Assembly (NCBI GenBank): GCA_964561155.1
Contig: CAZLOI010000001.1
Span: 302,759 to 366,758, forward strand
DNA from: an uncultured Candidatus Saccharibacteria bacterium
GTDB taxonomy: Bacteria; Patescibacteriota; Dojkabacteria; J137
DNA length: 64,000 bases
Reading direction: 5' to 3'
Each line of letters starts with the position of its first letter. The stretch's first letter is position 1. This document shows positions 41,231 through 50,139 of the stretch, piece by piece. The notes beneath the pieces are model-generated. The model saw nothing but the letters and a program-made list of their open reading frames with translations, ran no database searches and was not told where the DNA came from. Both the position numbers and the translations under genes were made by a program.

Positions 41231-41381
41231 GGTTAATCCCAAGATCTAGTTCGCGTGCACAATCATGTAAATGATTGACTTACTGGATTTTCGGATTAAC
41301 CCTCACAAGCTACTTAATCCCAGAGTCTGGTTCGCGTACACAATTGCGTAAGTAATTGACTTACTGGACTCTCGGATTAGG
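41231..41381 (+). repeat. Two tandem ~70-nt imperfect direct repeats, each a long stem-loop, in the rho 5' leader
   Basis: Unit 1 (41231-41302) is GGTTAATCCcaagatctag-TTCGCGTGCACAATCATGTAAATGATTGACTTACTGG-attttcGGATTAACC. Unit 2 (41314-41381) is TTAATCCcagagtctgg-TTCGCGTACACAATTGCGTAAGTAATTGACTTACTGG-actctcGGATTAgg. The outer 9-bp stem and the inner CAATCAT/ATGATTG hairpin are conserved. Confidence 0.6.
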
Positions 41382-41501
41382 TAGTTACCTTCTATTTTAT
41401 TTTCATTTATCCTTTCAACTGATATACTATTTTTAAATCCCAGCTATTTTCCCTACAACCGAACAACTATTCACTTATTTATACAAATTTACATTTAATT
41501 T

Positions 41502-42791
41502 ATGCCAACAAAGAAAGACGCAATCGCTAAATCTACTAGTATTCATGATCTAGAAGAGAAGACATTGGTAGATCTTAGAAAGATCGCAGAGGAACTTAAT
41601 ATTCCTAACCACTTAGATTTTCAGAAATCAGATTTAATACTAGCTATTGTAGCGGAGGAAACAAAGAGAGGAGGTAATATCTTCGCAGAAGGTTTCCTAG
41701 AAATTATAAAGGACTCACATGGAGTTTTAAGAAGTGGAACAATGCTTCCAGGAGAGAACGATGTATACATATCAGGTTCTCAAATAAAGAGGTTCAACTT
41801 AAGACAAGGAGACTTCATTTCTGGACAAGCTAGACCACCAAAAGAAGGAGAAAGATATTTAAGTCTTCTAAAGGTTGAAGCTATCAATAACATGAGTCCA
41901 GACAAGGCTTTAACTAGAGATGGATTTCAAAAGTTAACTCCAATTTTCCCAGATCAACAGATTAAACTAGAAACATCACAGCATGTTTTATCTACACGTC
42001 TAATCGACCTACTATGTCCAATTGGAAAAGGTCAAAGAGGTATGATTGTAGCTCCACCAAAGGCTGGTAAGACATGGTTACTAAAAGACATTGCTGCAGG
42101 TATTGCAGAAAACCATCCAGAGATTCATTTAATGGTTCTTTTGGTTGGAGAACGTCCAGAGGAAGTTACTGACTTACAAAGATTTGTTAAAGGAGAGGTT
42201 ATTGCTGCAAACTTTGATGAACAGCCAGAATATCATACAAAAATAGCTGAAATGGCCGTAGAACGAGCTAAGAGGCTTGTTGAATATGGAAAGGATGTTG
42301 TGATACTAATGGACAGTTTGACTAGGCTTGCAAGAGCTTATAACATCATAGCGCCACCATCAGGTAGAACATTGTCTGGAGGTTTTGACCCAGTTGCTAT
42401 ATTCCCACCAAAGAAGTTCTTCGGAGCTGCTAGGAACATGGAAAATGGAGGATCTTTAACAATCATTGCTACAGCTTTGGTTGATACTGGTTCAAAGATG
42501 GACGAAGTTATCTTCGAAGAGTTCAAGGGTACTGGAAACATGGAAGTTAAGTTAGATAGAAGACTTGCAGAGAAAAGAATATATCCTTCAATCGACGTTA
42601 CTCAGTCATATACTAGAAATGAAGACAAGTTATTGTCTCCAGAAGTTCTAGCACAGACTTGGAGAGTTGTAAGAATGTTGGATACTATCAAATCTGAAAC
42701 AAATTCAAATCCTGCTGAGATTTTAATCAGTAGAATTAAAAAGACTAAGACTAACGAGGAGTTCTTGGCAACCCTTCACGAGAGTTTCTAA
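41502..42791 (+). CDS. rho: Transcription termination factor Rho
   Basis: It has the N-terminal Rho_N domain (IHDLEEKTLVDLRKIAEELNIP), an OB/RNA-binding domain, the P-loop GKGQRGMIVAPPKAGKT, and the Q/R loops. Confidence 0.95.
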   Translation: MPTKKDAIAKSTSIHDLEEKTLVDLRKIAEELNIPNHLDFQKSDLILAIVAEETKRGGNIFAEGFLEIIKDSHGVLRSGTMLPGENDVYISGSQIKRFNLRQGDFISGQARPPKEGERYLSLLKVEAINNMSPDKALTRDGFQKLTPIFPDQQIKLETSQHVLSTRLIDLLCPIGKGQRGMIVAPPKAGKTWLLKDIAAGIAENHPEIHLMVLLVGERPEEVTDLQRFVKGEVIAANFDEQPEYHTKIAEMAVERAKRLVEYGKDVVILMDSLTRLARAYNIIAPPSGRTLSGGFDPVAIFPPKKFFGAARNMENGGSLTIIATALVDTGSKMDEVIFEEFKGTGNMEVKLDRRLAEKRIYPSIDVTQSYTRNEDKLLSPEVLAQTWRVVRMLDTIKSETNSNPAEILISRIKKTKTNEEFLATLHESF

Positions 42792-42866
42792 GCTAACTAT
42801 CTTAGGTGCCGGGCAACTGGTACCTAAGGGTAGCTTGAATACTTAAATTATCATATAATTGGTACT

Positions 42867-43982
42867 ATGGAATTTAAACAGAAAGATCCTGAACCTTCCA
42901 GTTTAAGGGAGAAGATGCTTTTGAATTTACAAATGCAACAGTCCAAGTTGATCGCAAGATCATATTGGGGTAGAAGTACTTTGTATAAACAGCTTATCCA
43001 TATCTCGATTATAGTTATAACAACTATTGTTTTAGCTACTGGTTTAAACGCTAGATCTACTTCAGCAAATACTCAAATAGCTTATCAAAATCCATCTGCT
43101 TATCAGAATGTAGATACATTGGAGCAGGGTGGTTTTGTTGTTACTGAGTTTATAGCTACAGACAACTTTAAGTTTAAAGTTAACTCATATACCGTTGTAG
43201 ATGGAGATAGTGTTCAGTCTGTTGCTGACAAGTTCGGTGTTACAAAGGAGACCGTTAAATGGTCAAATCCAGTTATCGATTATTACAGTGAAGACATAAG
43301 CCCAGGATCAACATTGTTCATACCTGAAATAAATGGTGTCCTTTGGGAGGTCAAGGATGGAGATACGATTGACTATGTTCTTTCGAAGACAAGTGGTGAT
43401 AGATTCTTGATGATTGAGATTAATGATTTGAATGAAGCTCAACAAAACCTAACTGCTGGAGCAAAGATATTTGTTCCTGGAGGAAACTTACCACCACCAC
43501 CTAAACCACAACCTGTATATTATGCTCCTGTTTATTCAGGTGTTCCTTGCGGACAGAGTGCACCAATTAATGCAGATGGAAGTATTAACGGTATTACTCT
43601 AACAAATCCTGTAGGAGACTCATGTTGTGGAGGATACATCGAGACTAGAGGTTTGTTCTATATCGATGGTTTCTTTCATGATGGTACAGACCTTTCAAAG
43701 GGAGGAGGTTGTCCTTTAAGAGCTTCTTCTGATGGTTATGTAGAATATGCAGGATGGGGACCATATGGAGAAGGTCTACACGTTAAGATTAGTCATGCAA
43801 ATGGTGTTAAAACATACTACTACCATATGAATGATGTATGGGTTTCTCAAGGTCAGCAGGTAACAATGGGACAAAACATTGGATATATGGGTTGTACAGG
43901 TAACTGTACTGGTACTCACTTACACTTCATTCTAAAGCTAGATGGAGGAGCAGTTAATCCTAGAAGTTATTTGAACTACTAA
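42867..43982 (+). CDS. LysM-LysM-M23 peptidoglycan endopeptidase with an N-terminal membrane anchor
   Basis: It has two LysM-like repeats (YTVVDGDSVQSVADKFGVTKETVKWSNP; WEVKDGDTIDYVLSKTSG), a PPPPKPQP linker, and the M23 motifs HDGTDL…GYMGCTGNCTGTHLHF. Confidence 0.8.
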   Translation: MEFKQKDPEPSSLREKMLLNLQMQQSKLIARSYWGRSTLYKQLIHISIIVITTIVLATGLNARSTSANTQIAYQNPSAYQNVDTLEQGGFVVTEFIATDNFKFKVNSYTVVDGDSVQSVADKFGVTKETVKWSNPVIDYYSEDISPGSTLFIPEINGVLWEVKDGDTIDYVLSKTSGDRFLMIEINDLNEAQQNLTAGAKIFVPGGNLPPPPKPQPVYYAPVYSGVPCGQSAPINADGSINGITLTNPVGDSCCGGYIETRGLFYIDGFFHDGTDLSKGGGCPLRASSDGYVEYAGWGPYGEGLHVKISHANGVKTYYYHMNDVWVSQGQQVTMGQNIGYMGCTGNCTGTHLHFILKLDGGAVNPRSYLNY

Positions 43983-44353
43983 CCTTCAACTGTAGTTTCT
44001 GAATGTTTTCTGAATAGCGTTACACTTGTCTCGAAAGCTTTGAATAATTCAATATCCTTACTTCGAATATACGCAGGTCTCCATTCATTGCTCTTTAAGA
44101 TTCGGACAAGTCTAGAAAGATTCTCGTAGAAACCATCATCCAGTAATGCTTTGGCAACGTATTCACTTTCTCCACCGTCATTTGCTGCTTCAATTAGCCC
44201 AGCTTTGAATTGTCTGTAATTAGGTTTTGATTCTAGGGGATTAAGTCGTAGCTTTGCTATTAGTTGAGATCGCTTTTCTGCTGTTTGTATGGCATCAACC
44301 GCAGCAAGATCCATTAGGTATCTAGAGTCACTTATATTTATCGTATCTGACAT
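43979..44353 (-). CDS. Hypothetical protein (124 aa)
   Basis: ORF convergent with the M23 peptidase gene; no motif. Confidence 0.45.
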   Translation of the reverse strand: MSDTINISDSRYLMDLAAVDAIQTAEKRSQLIAKLRLNPLESKPNYRQFKAGLIEAANDGGESEYVAKALLDDGFYENLSRLVRILKSNEWRPAYIRSKDIELFKAFETSVTLFRKHSETTVEG

Positions 44354-44401
44354 ATGTTTTTATTAATTAGGGGATTATATCATCTAGAAGTATTTAGTAA
44401 A

Positions 44402-44475
44402 TATCCTTGGTAGGAGTCGAACCTACAACCTCTCCCTTAGGACGGGAATGCTCTATCCAATTGAGCTACAAGGAC
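44402..44475 (-). tRNA. tRNA-Arg (CCU)
   Basis: Reverse complement: acceptor GTCCTTG/CAAGGAT (G1:U72), D arm GCTC-AATTGGATA-GAGC, anticodon loop GUCCUAA, T arm GTAGG-TTCGACT-CCTAC, discriminator A. Confidence 0.8.
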
Positions 44476-44487
44476 ATCTTCGTATTA

Positions 44488-44516
44488 TATCAAAAGACCC
44501 CAGATTAGGGGTCTTT
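44488..44516 (-). terminator. Rho-independent terminator downstream of ndk (minus strand)
   Basis: GACCCC-agatta-GGGGTC hairpin with a U-tract when read on the minus strand. Confidence 0.5.
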
Positions 44517-44540
44517 ATCATTGTATTAAGTTTTAATTTC

Positions 44541-45161
44541 CTAGTCTGATTCAACTAGCTTGTCTCTTGTAGCTTCCCATTCAACAGAGTAGAGGATCTT
44601 TTCAATAGCTAGATCGTAGTTATGAATCTCTTCTTCTGTAAACCATATACTGATCTCGTTGTTAGCTTCATCAACTGTTCCTGAAGCATGTACAAGGTTT
44701 CTAACTGCTCTTTCTGAGTCATCGGCTATGAAGTATGAGTCTATTGAAAGATCAGCTGTAATGGATCCCATATCAGCAGACAGAGGGTTTGTTGCACCTC
44801 TAATCTTTCTTACATGAGCGATTGCATGTGCTCCTTCAATGATAAATACAACAACAGGGCCTGCTGTGATGTATGTTAATAGTTTCTTCTGAATATTCTT
44901 TGCTATTTCAATTGGAGTCTTGTTCATTTCGATTCCCTTCTCTTTGTATGCAGCCAATGTTCTTTCTCCTAGAGTAATCATTGCTGACTCTGGTTGATCA
45001 TAGTGTCTCTTTGCTTGATCTATTGTAGGCCATACCATCTTCATAGCTACAATCTTAAGACCTTTCTTCTCAAATCTAGTTAATATCTCTCCAATCAAAC
45101 CTCTTTGTACTGAGTCTGGTTTAAGGATAACTAGGGATCTCTCGTGATGTTTGTTCAACAT
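44541..45161 (-). CDS. ndk: Nucleoside diphosphate kinase with an internal insertion (206 aa)
   Basis: LVILKPDSVQRGLIGEILTRFEKKGLKIVAMKM…GPVVVFIIEGAHAIAHVRKIRGATNP…NLVHASGTVDEANNEISIWF. The catalytic His context NxxHxS is retained. An extra ~25 aa sits before the active-site segment. Confidence 0.85.
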   Translation of the reverse strand: MLNKHHERSLVILKPDSVQRGLIGEILTRFEKKGLKIVAMKMVWPTIDQAKRHYDQPESAMITLGERTLAAYKEKGIEMNKTPIEIAKNIQKKLLTYITAGPVVVFIIEGAHAIAHVRKIRGATNPLSADMGSITADLSIDSYFIADDSERAVRNLVHASGTVDEANNEISIWFTEEEIHNYDLAIEKILYSVEWEATRDKLVESD

Positions 45162-45180
45162 AGTGTAAATTTAATAATTA

Positions 45181-45813
45181 TTAACCTAGAGTTACATTCT
45201 TTTTTACTACTTCTAGGATAGAGGATTTTACCTCTTCTATCGATCCATTTCCATCTATTTTGACCCAATCTCCGAACTCATGACGCGAAGCCATTAGCTT
45301 GTATATTTCTCTTAATCTCTTCTGCTTATCAATACTTCGTTCAAACATGTCTAAACCTTCATCATGTCCTTCTTCTATAGCTTTTCTTTTCATTGCTACT
45401 TCTGGATCTACATCGATAAAGATGTTTAGGTCTGGTTGAGGTATTCTAAAGTCTTTGGCGTAAGAGAGAAGTTTTTCATGAGCTATCTGACCCATCAAAT
45501 GAGACTGATATGCGATGGTGGTAGTGAAATATCCATCTGCAAGATAAAGGCTGGTATTTGTGCCAACGTAGGGCCAAATTTGATCTGTTTCAAGTGTCTT
45601 GTCTAGAAGGAATGCTAGTATCCAAGATTCGTTATTCATTTCTATCTCACCTTGAAGTGCTCTATGAGTTAATACATTGTAGAAATCGTTATGTAGTGGG
45701 AATCCTTGCGATCGTAGATTGAATTCAGCGTTATTTTCGAGGATTATATTCGTTATTTCCTCTCTCTGTTTACCTTTTCCTCCTCCATCAATTGATTCAA
45801 GAACTATGAACAT
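45181..45813 (-). CDS. tmk: Thymidylate kinase-like P-loop nucleotide kinase
   Basis: The N-terminal MFIVLESIDGGGKGKQ matches the Tmk P-loop (fIvfEGiDGsGKsT); the size (210 aa) fits. Confidence 0.55.
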   Translation of the reverse strand: MFIVLESIDGGGKGKQREEITNIILENNAEFNLRSQGFPLHNDFYNVLTHRALQGEIEMNNESWILAFLLDKTLETDQIWPYVGTNTSLYLADGYFTTTIAYQSHLMGQIAHEKLLSYAKDFRIPQPDLNIFIDVDPEVAMKRKAIEEGHDEGLDMFERSIDKQKRLREIYKLMASRHEFGDWVKIDGNGSIEEVKSSILEVVKKNVTLG

Positions 45814-45883
45814 ATGTGAGTGTTAACTAGTTCATATTATATTTTAATGATGCATATTGTCCAGGTAAACTTACTTTTTTGTG

Positions 45884-45915
45884 AATAAAAAAGAACCCAG
45901 ATTGCTCTGGGTTCT
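45884..45915 (-). terminator. Rho-independent terminator after rplL (minus strand)
   Basis: AGAACCCAG-agcaat-CTGGGTTCT hairpin followed by TTTTTTATT on the minus strand. Confidence 0.65.
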
Positions 45916-45936
45916 TAAAGAATAGGGTAGTGTAGA

Positions 45937-46323
45937 TTATTTAACTTCTACTTCTCCACCTTCAGCTTCGATCTGTTTCTTGATCTCTTCTGCTTCTTCT
46001 TTCTTTGCACCTTCCTTTACAGTCTTTGGTGCTCCATCAACAAGATCCTTAGCCTCTTTTAGACCTAATCCTGTGATGCCTTTAACTACTTTGATAACAC
46101 CAATCTTCTTGTCTGCAGGAACAGATTTTAGAATTACGTCGAATTCTGTCTTCTCTTCTACAGCTTCTGCTGGTGCACCTGCCATAGGCATTGCTGCCAT
46201 AGCCATTGGAGCTGATGCCTTAACATCAAAAGTTTCCTCTAGAGCTTTCTTTAATTCGAAAGCTTCTACTACAGAAAGCTCTTTGATTGCATCTACAATC
46301 TTTTGAACTTTGTCTGCTGCCAT
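45937..46323 (-). CDS. rplL: 50S ribosomal protein L7/L12
   Basis: [34 protein letters not shown], an Ala/Pro-rich hinge, and [44 protein letters not shown]. Confidence 0.95.
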   Translation of the reverse strand: MAADKVQKIVDAIKELSVVEAFELKKALEETFDVKASAPMAMAAMPMAGAPAEAVEEKTEFDVILKSVPADKKIGVIKVVKGITGLGLKEAKDLVDGAPKTVKEGAKKEEAEEIKKQIEAEGGEVEVK

Positions 46324-46346
46324 AAAATAAAAATAATAAAGTAAAA

Positions 46347-46880
46347 TTACTTACCTTCGTAAGCTAGATCGATAATTGTTGCTAATGATCGTACTGGATC
46401 TTCAAGTACGTTCACTACAGAGCTCATTGCGTTATCAAGTACACCTAGGATCATTCCGACTGACGTCTTCTTGTCTGGCATATCTGCTAACTCTTTGACC
46501 TGTTCTGCACTTAAAAGTGAGTTCTCAAGGTAACCTGCAACGAGGCTAACTTTTGGCTCTTTATCTTTTGTCTTTGCTGCCTCAGAAAATTTCTTTAGCA
46601 TTTTTGATGGATCGATATAATTCGATTCCATGAACAATACTGCGTATTCTCCTGATGGTAACTCTAGACCTTCGATATTAGATTCCTTCAATGCAATCTT
46701 GAACAATGAGTTCTTGATAACACTAAAGTTTGCTCCAAAATCAAAGATATCCTTTCTAAATTGAGATACTTCGTTAGGTGTAAGCTTTGTAGGCTTTACA
46801 ATTACGAAAGATGTCGCCTTAGCAATTCTATCCTTGTAGATTGACACAACACTTTTCTTTTGGTCTTTTGTCTTTGCCAT
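46347..46880 (-). CDS. rplJ: 50S ribosomal protein L10
   Basis: Its position between rplA and rplL matches the conserved order; the N-terminal [38 protein letters not shown] fits L10. Confidence 0.9.
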   Translation of the reverse strand: MAKTKDQKKSVVSIYKDRIAKATSFVIVKPTKLTPNEVSQFRKDIFDFGANFSVIKNSLFKIALKESNIEGLELPSGEYAVLFMESNYIDPSKMLKKFSEAAKTKDKEPKVSLVAGYLENSLLSAEQVKELADMPDKKTSVGMILGVLDNAMSSVVNVLEDPVRSLATIIDLAYEGK

Positions 46881-46908
46881 AGTAGCAAATTAAATAAAAG
46901 TAAATATT

Positions 46909-46929
46909 AAAAAAACGCTCTTTCGAGCG
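46909..46929 (-). promoter_or_regulatory. Hairpin plus U-tract in the rplA-rplJ intergenic leader (candidate attenuator of the L10 leader)
   Basis: On the minus strand, CGCTC-GAAA-GAGCG is followed by UUUUUUU. It sits where the rplJ leader attenuator is found in other bacteria. Confidence 0.4.
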
Positions 46930-47048
46930 CTTTAATAATCAAGTTGAAATTCTATAGTTACCTATTAGAATTGATATTAAAGTCTCGGTAGGATTTACGA
47001 TTTCTCGACCCACTGTCTTTGACCTTCTAAAGTTTTTAAGGCTTTAGT

Positions 47049-47702
47049 TTATAAGTTTTTAATTATATCATTAACATCGATCTTAATGCTAGATCCCATT
47101 GTAGGTTTTACTAAAACCTGTTTGAATGGATTCGCAGCATACTTTCTTACTTCTGTCTGAACTGATTTAAAGAAAGCAATCATGTTCTCTTTAATCTGCT
47201 CTGGAGTCATATCAAGCTTAGCAATTCTAATTTTGATTACACCATGATCCTGAATAGACTTGAAATTTAGTTTTCCAGATTTGAAACTAGAAACTGCTTT
47301 TCCAACCTCCTGAGAGATTGTTCCATTCTTTGGGTTTGGCATTAATCCTTTTGGACCTAAGATCTTTCCAAGTTTTACAAGTTTTGGCATAGCTGATGCT
47401 GTTGCAACTACTATATCGAAATCTGAGAAACCTGCTTCTAATTCTTTTGCTAGATCATCCATTCCAGCTTTTGTAGCACCTGCATCTAAAGCCTCTTTTA
47501 CAAGGTTTTCTTCGCAGAATACAATAACTTTCTTGTCTTCACCGAAAGAGAAGGGTAGAGAAACTGATCCTCTTATTACCTCTTTCTTCTGTTTGTCTTT
47601 TAGATTTAATAAAACATCAACATCAACAGAACCAACAAACTTTGATTTGCTTACTTCTGGTAATAATTTGATTGCCTCATCTAATGATACTGGGTTGTTC
47701 AT
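47049..47702 (-). CDS. rplA: 50S ribosomal protein L1
   Basis: Conserved order plus family-typical sequence (…VDVDVLLNLKDKQKKEVIRGSVSLPFSFGEDKKVIVF…). Confidence 0.95.
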   Translation of the reverse strand: MNNPVSLDEAIKLLPEVSKSKFVGSVDVDVLLNLKDKQKKEVIRGSVSLPFSFGEDKKVIVFCEENLVKEALDAGATKAGMDDLAKELEAGFSDFDIVVATASAMPKLVKLGKILGPKGLMPNPKNGTISQEVGKAVSSFKSGKLNFKSIQDHGVIKIRIAKLDMTPEQIKENMIAFFKSVQTEVRKYAANPFKQVLVKPTMGSSIKIDVNDIIKNL

Positions 47703-47704
47703 AT

Positions 47705-48130
47705 TTATTCTGTAACTTCTATACCTAAGCTTTTTGCAACACCAACTACTGTATTCAGAGCTGATTCTACATTTTTAGTATTTAAATCAGGAAGCTTCTT
47801 CTCTGCGATTTCTCTAAGATCAGATTTCTTTACTGTTTTAACTTTGTCTTTGTTTGGTGTTCCAGATCCTTTCTCGATCTTGTACTTTGCCTTCAACATA
47901 CCTGCAACTGTAGGTTGCTTGTATTCCATTTTGAATGTTCTATCCTTGAATACTGTAACAATAACTGGGATTTCTAAGTTTCCTTCTCCAGCTGTTCTTG
48001 CGTTGAACTGAGAACAGAAGTCTTGAATGTTAATTCCATTTTGTCCTAGTACAGGTCCTAAAGGAGGAGCTGGATTAGCCTTTCCTGCCATGATCTGAAC
48101 CTTAAATGTGTTTGTTATTTCCTTTGCCAT
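47705..48130 (-). CDS. rplK: 50S ribosomal protein L11
   Basis: KVQIMAGKANPAPPLGPVLGQNGINIQDFCSQFNARTAG is the L11 N-terminal hallmark. Confidence 0.95.
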   Translation of the reverse strand: MAKEITNTFKVQIMAGKANPAPPLGPVLGQNGINIQDFCSQFNARTAGEGNLEIPVIVTVFKDRTFKMEYKQPTVAGMLKAKYKIEKGSGTPNKDKVKTVKKSDLREIAEKKLPDLNTKNVESALNTVVGVAKSLGIEVTE

Positions 48131-48140
48131 ATAATTTTAC

Positions 48141-48746
48141 TTAATTTGTCTCTGATAACTTAGATAACATCAAAATATCGATATCAACCTGTGTATCTCT
48201 ATCGAATAGAGATAATAACACTTTTGCCTTCCCTTTGTCTTCACTAATGCTTTCAATTGTTCCAATAAATTCTTTGAATGGACCTTCGATAACTTTAACA
48301 GCATCTCCGATATTGAATGCAACCTTGTATGTAGGTTCATTCCTTACTTCGATGAATCCTAACTGCTTATCATCTAGAGCAGTAGGGGACTTTGGCTTAG
48401 CAGTCATACCTAAGAAGCTTTGTACTCCTTCTGTATTTCTAACTAACTGTAAAGTATTGTCGTTAGCTATCATTCTTACGAATACGTAGCCTGGGTAGAT
48501 TCGTTCTTTTATTGTTACTTTCTTACCTCTACTAATAGCAATCTTCTCTTGTTCAGGTACTACAGCATCAATTATCTCGTTTTCAAGATTATTAGCTCTT
48601 GCTCTTTGTTTGATAAGTTTTGCAACGCTGTTCTCTTTTCCAGAAGCGCTAGCTAGTATATACCACTTCAAATTAGGATTACTCTCGATACTTGGATCAA
48701 GCTTAACCTCCTCATCTTTGATTTCATTCTTTGTTTCGTCTGCCAT
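48141..48746 (-). CDS. nusG: Transcription antiterminator NusG
   Basis: NGN domain (KWYILASASGKENSVAKLIKQRA) and C-terminal KOW (FNIGDAVKVIEGPFKEFIGTIESI). Confidence 0.95.
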   Translation of the reverse strand: MADETKNEIKDEEVKLDPSIESNPNLKWYILASASGKENSVAKLIKQRARANNLENEIIDAVVPEQEKIAISRGKKVTIKERIYPGYVFVRMIANDNTLQLVRNTEGVQSFLGMTAKPKSPTALDDKQLGFIEVRNEPTYKVAFNIGDAVKVIEGPFKEFIGTIESISEDKGKAKVLLSLFDRDTQVDIDILMLSKLSETN

Positions 48747-48747
48747 A

Positions 48748-48942
48748 TTAGAAAATGATTACGTCTCTTAACTTAATTATAACAACATCCAATAAGAATA
48801 TTACGAATACGCTTACAACAACAAATATAAACACAAAGAAGCCCCATCCAAAAGCTTTCTTTCCAGGGATATAGTCTACCTGCTTTATTTCAGATACTAC
48901 TTTACTGAAAAATTCTCTTGTATTTTTTATTATTCTAAACAT
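48748..48942 (-). CDS. secE: Preprotein translocase subunit SecE
   Basis: Single-TM 64-aa protein (KQVDYIPGKKAFGWGFFVFIFVVVSVFVIFLLDVVI) directly upstream of nusG. Confidence 0.8.
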   Translation of the reverse strand: MFRIIKNTREFFSKVVSEIKQVDYIPGKKAFGWGFFVFIFVVVSVFVIFLLDVVIIKLRDVIIF

Positions 48943-48958
48943 ATTATTTTTTTGTAAT

Positions 48959-49033
48959 TGGCAGGGCCGCCAGGATTTGAACCCGGGCGAAGGATTTTGG
49001 AGATCCTCATGCTACCAGCTACATCACAGCCCT
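48959..49033 (-). tRNA. tRNA-Trp (CCA) with encoded 3' CCA
   Basis: Acceptor AGGGCTG/CGGCCCT, anticodon loop CUCCAAA, T arm CCGGG-TTCAAAT-CCTGG; classic rpmG-tRNATrp-secE position. Confidence 0.9.
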
Positions 49034-49057
49034 ATAGGCCTTTATTTTAAATATCGA

Positions 49058-49240
49058 TTACTTAACTTTCTTACTTACTTTAAAAGCTGTATGTTTCCTA
49101 AGCTTCTTGCTGTATTTCATTACAACCTTGTCAGTTAGATCCTCTACAGATTTCTTAGATAGTTTCAAAGTATAGTGTTCTCCTGTTTCAGTATTGATGA
49201 ACCTAAAAGTATTAGCCTTTTTCTTCTTTGATGATGCCAT
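49058..49240 (-). CDS. rpmG: 50S ribosomal protein L33 (Cys-less form)
   Basis: 60-aa basic protein (RFINTETGEHYTLKLSKK…KYSKKLRKHTAFKVSKK) in the conserved position upstream of tRNA-Trp/secE. Confidence 0.8.
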   Translation of the reverse strand: MASSKKKKANTFRFINTETGEHYTLKLSKKSVEDLTDKVVMKYSKKLRKHTAFKVSKKVK

Positions 49241-49278
49241 AAGATATGTAATTAAACTTGAAGATTATATCGTTATAT

Positions 49279-50139
49279 CTAGATTTTTTCAATTCTATTT
49301 TGATATTTTACCCCTTCGTACTGAGTCTCTATTTCGTAGTGCTCCTGAAAGACTCGAATTCTAAGGTTCCCATGTAGGTCGGTTCTTAGTATTTCACTCC
49401 CAAAATGCTTTAGATTCTCAAGGATTATAGCTGAAGGGTGCCCGTAGGAGTTATTCTTTCCAGTAGAGATTAAGGATACTTCAGGTTTTATATTTTCTAA
49501 TAAATATCGAGAAGTGGAGGTGTTGCTACCGTGGTGGGAGACCTTAAGTACATCTATGTCTCCAAGGGCATTCGTAAGCTTGTCTTCAAAGGGAGTTGAA
49601 ATATCTCCTCCGAAGAATGATTTAAAGCTTCCTGAGTTAAGTACAAACGATATGGATGAATCGTTGCTAGAGATCTTGTTGTATTGAGCTACGTTTGGCC
49701 AAATGAATTCTAGTTTGGTTGCTTGGTCTACCTGTATTGAAGAACCTAGTTCTGGAGTCAATATCATTACGTTTTTATTGTTCAAGATTGATTTAAGAGT
49801 TTTGGTAGAATAGTTCTTTTTATAGTCAGGTGGGAGTATTAGAGTTTTAATATCGTATACTTTAAGTATCTCGTCTAGTTGTCCAAAGTGATCTGAGTCA
49901 AAATGGGTGATTATCATTAGATCTATAATCTTCCTTGGAAAGAGTAGGGTATCTAGCTCTTGAACTACAACATCCTTGTTCCCTGAATCTATAAGTATGC
50001 TCTTGTTATCCATAGTTTTAATTAGAGTTGCGTCCCCTTGATCTACATTAAGAACGGTTATTTCCAGATATTCGCTTAGCGAATAAGTGCTTAATTTATA
50101 GGAAAGAGAAAAGACTATCAGGATTAGTAACCACTTCAT
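49279..50139 (-). CDS. Secreted metallo-beta-lactamase-fold protein = ComEC/Rec2 C-terminal domain encoded as a separate gene
   Basis: It has a signal peptide, the MBL motif LMIITHFDSDHFGQL, and a later SHHGS. It overlaps the upstream ComEC membrane gene by 4 nt (ATGA). Confidence 0.7.
   Translation of the reverse strand: MKWLLILIVFSLSYKLSTYSLSEYLEITVLNVDQGDATLIKTMDNKSILIDSGNKDVVVQELDTLLFPRKIIDLMIITHFDSDHFGQLDEILKVYDIKTLILPPDYKKNYSTKTLKSILNNKNVMILTPELGSSIQVDQATKLEFIWPNVAQYNKISSNDSSISFVLNSGSFKSFFGGDISTPFEDKLTNALGDIDVLKVSHHGSNTSTSRYLLENIKPEVSLISTGKNNSYGHPSAIILENLKHFGSEILRTDLHGNLRIRVFQEHYEIETQYEGVKYQNRIEKI

Noticed and set aside
41231-41381. A possible CRISPR array or REP element at the tandem repeats upstream of rho
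   Set aside because: There are only two units, directly abutting, with no unique spacers, an internal hairpin structure and ~80% identity. No cas genes are present. A leader-RNA structure is the better explanation.
45980-46306. A + strand ORF antisense to rplL, and similar antisense ORFs in nusG, topA, ftsH, the VirB4-like gene and the ClpB-like gene
   Set aside because: They are shadow ORFs opposite well-supported conserved genes.
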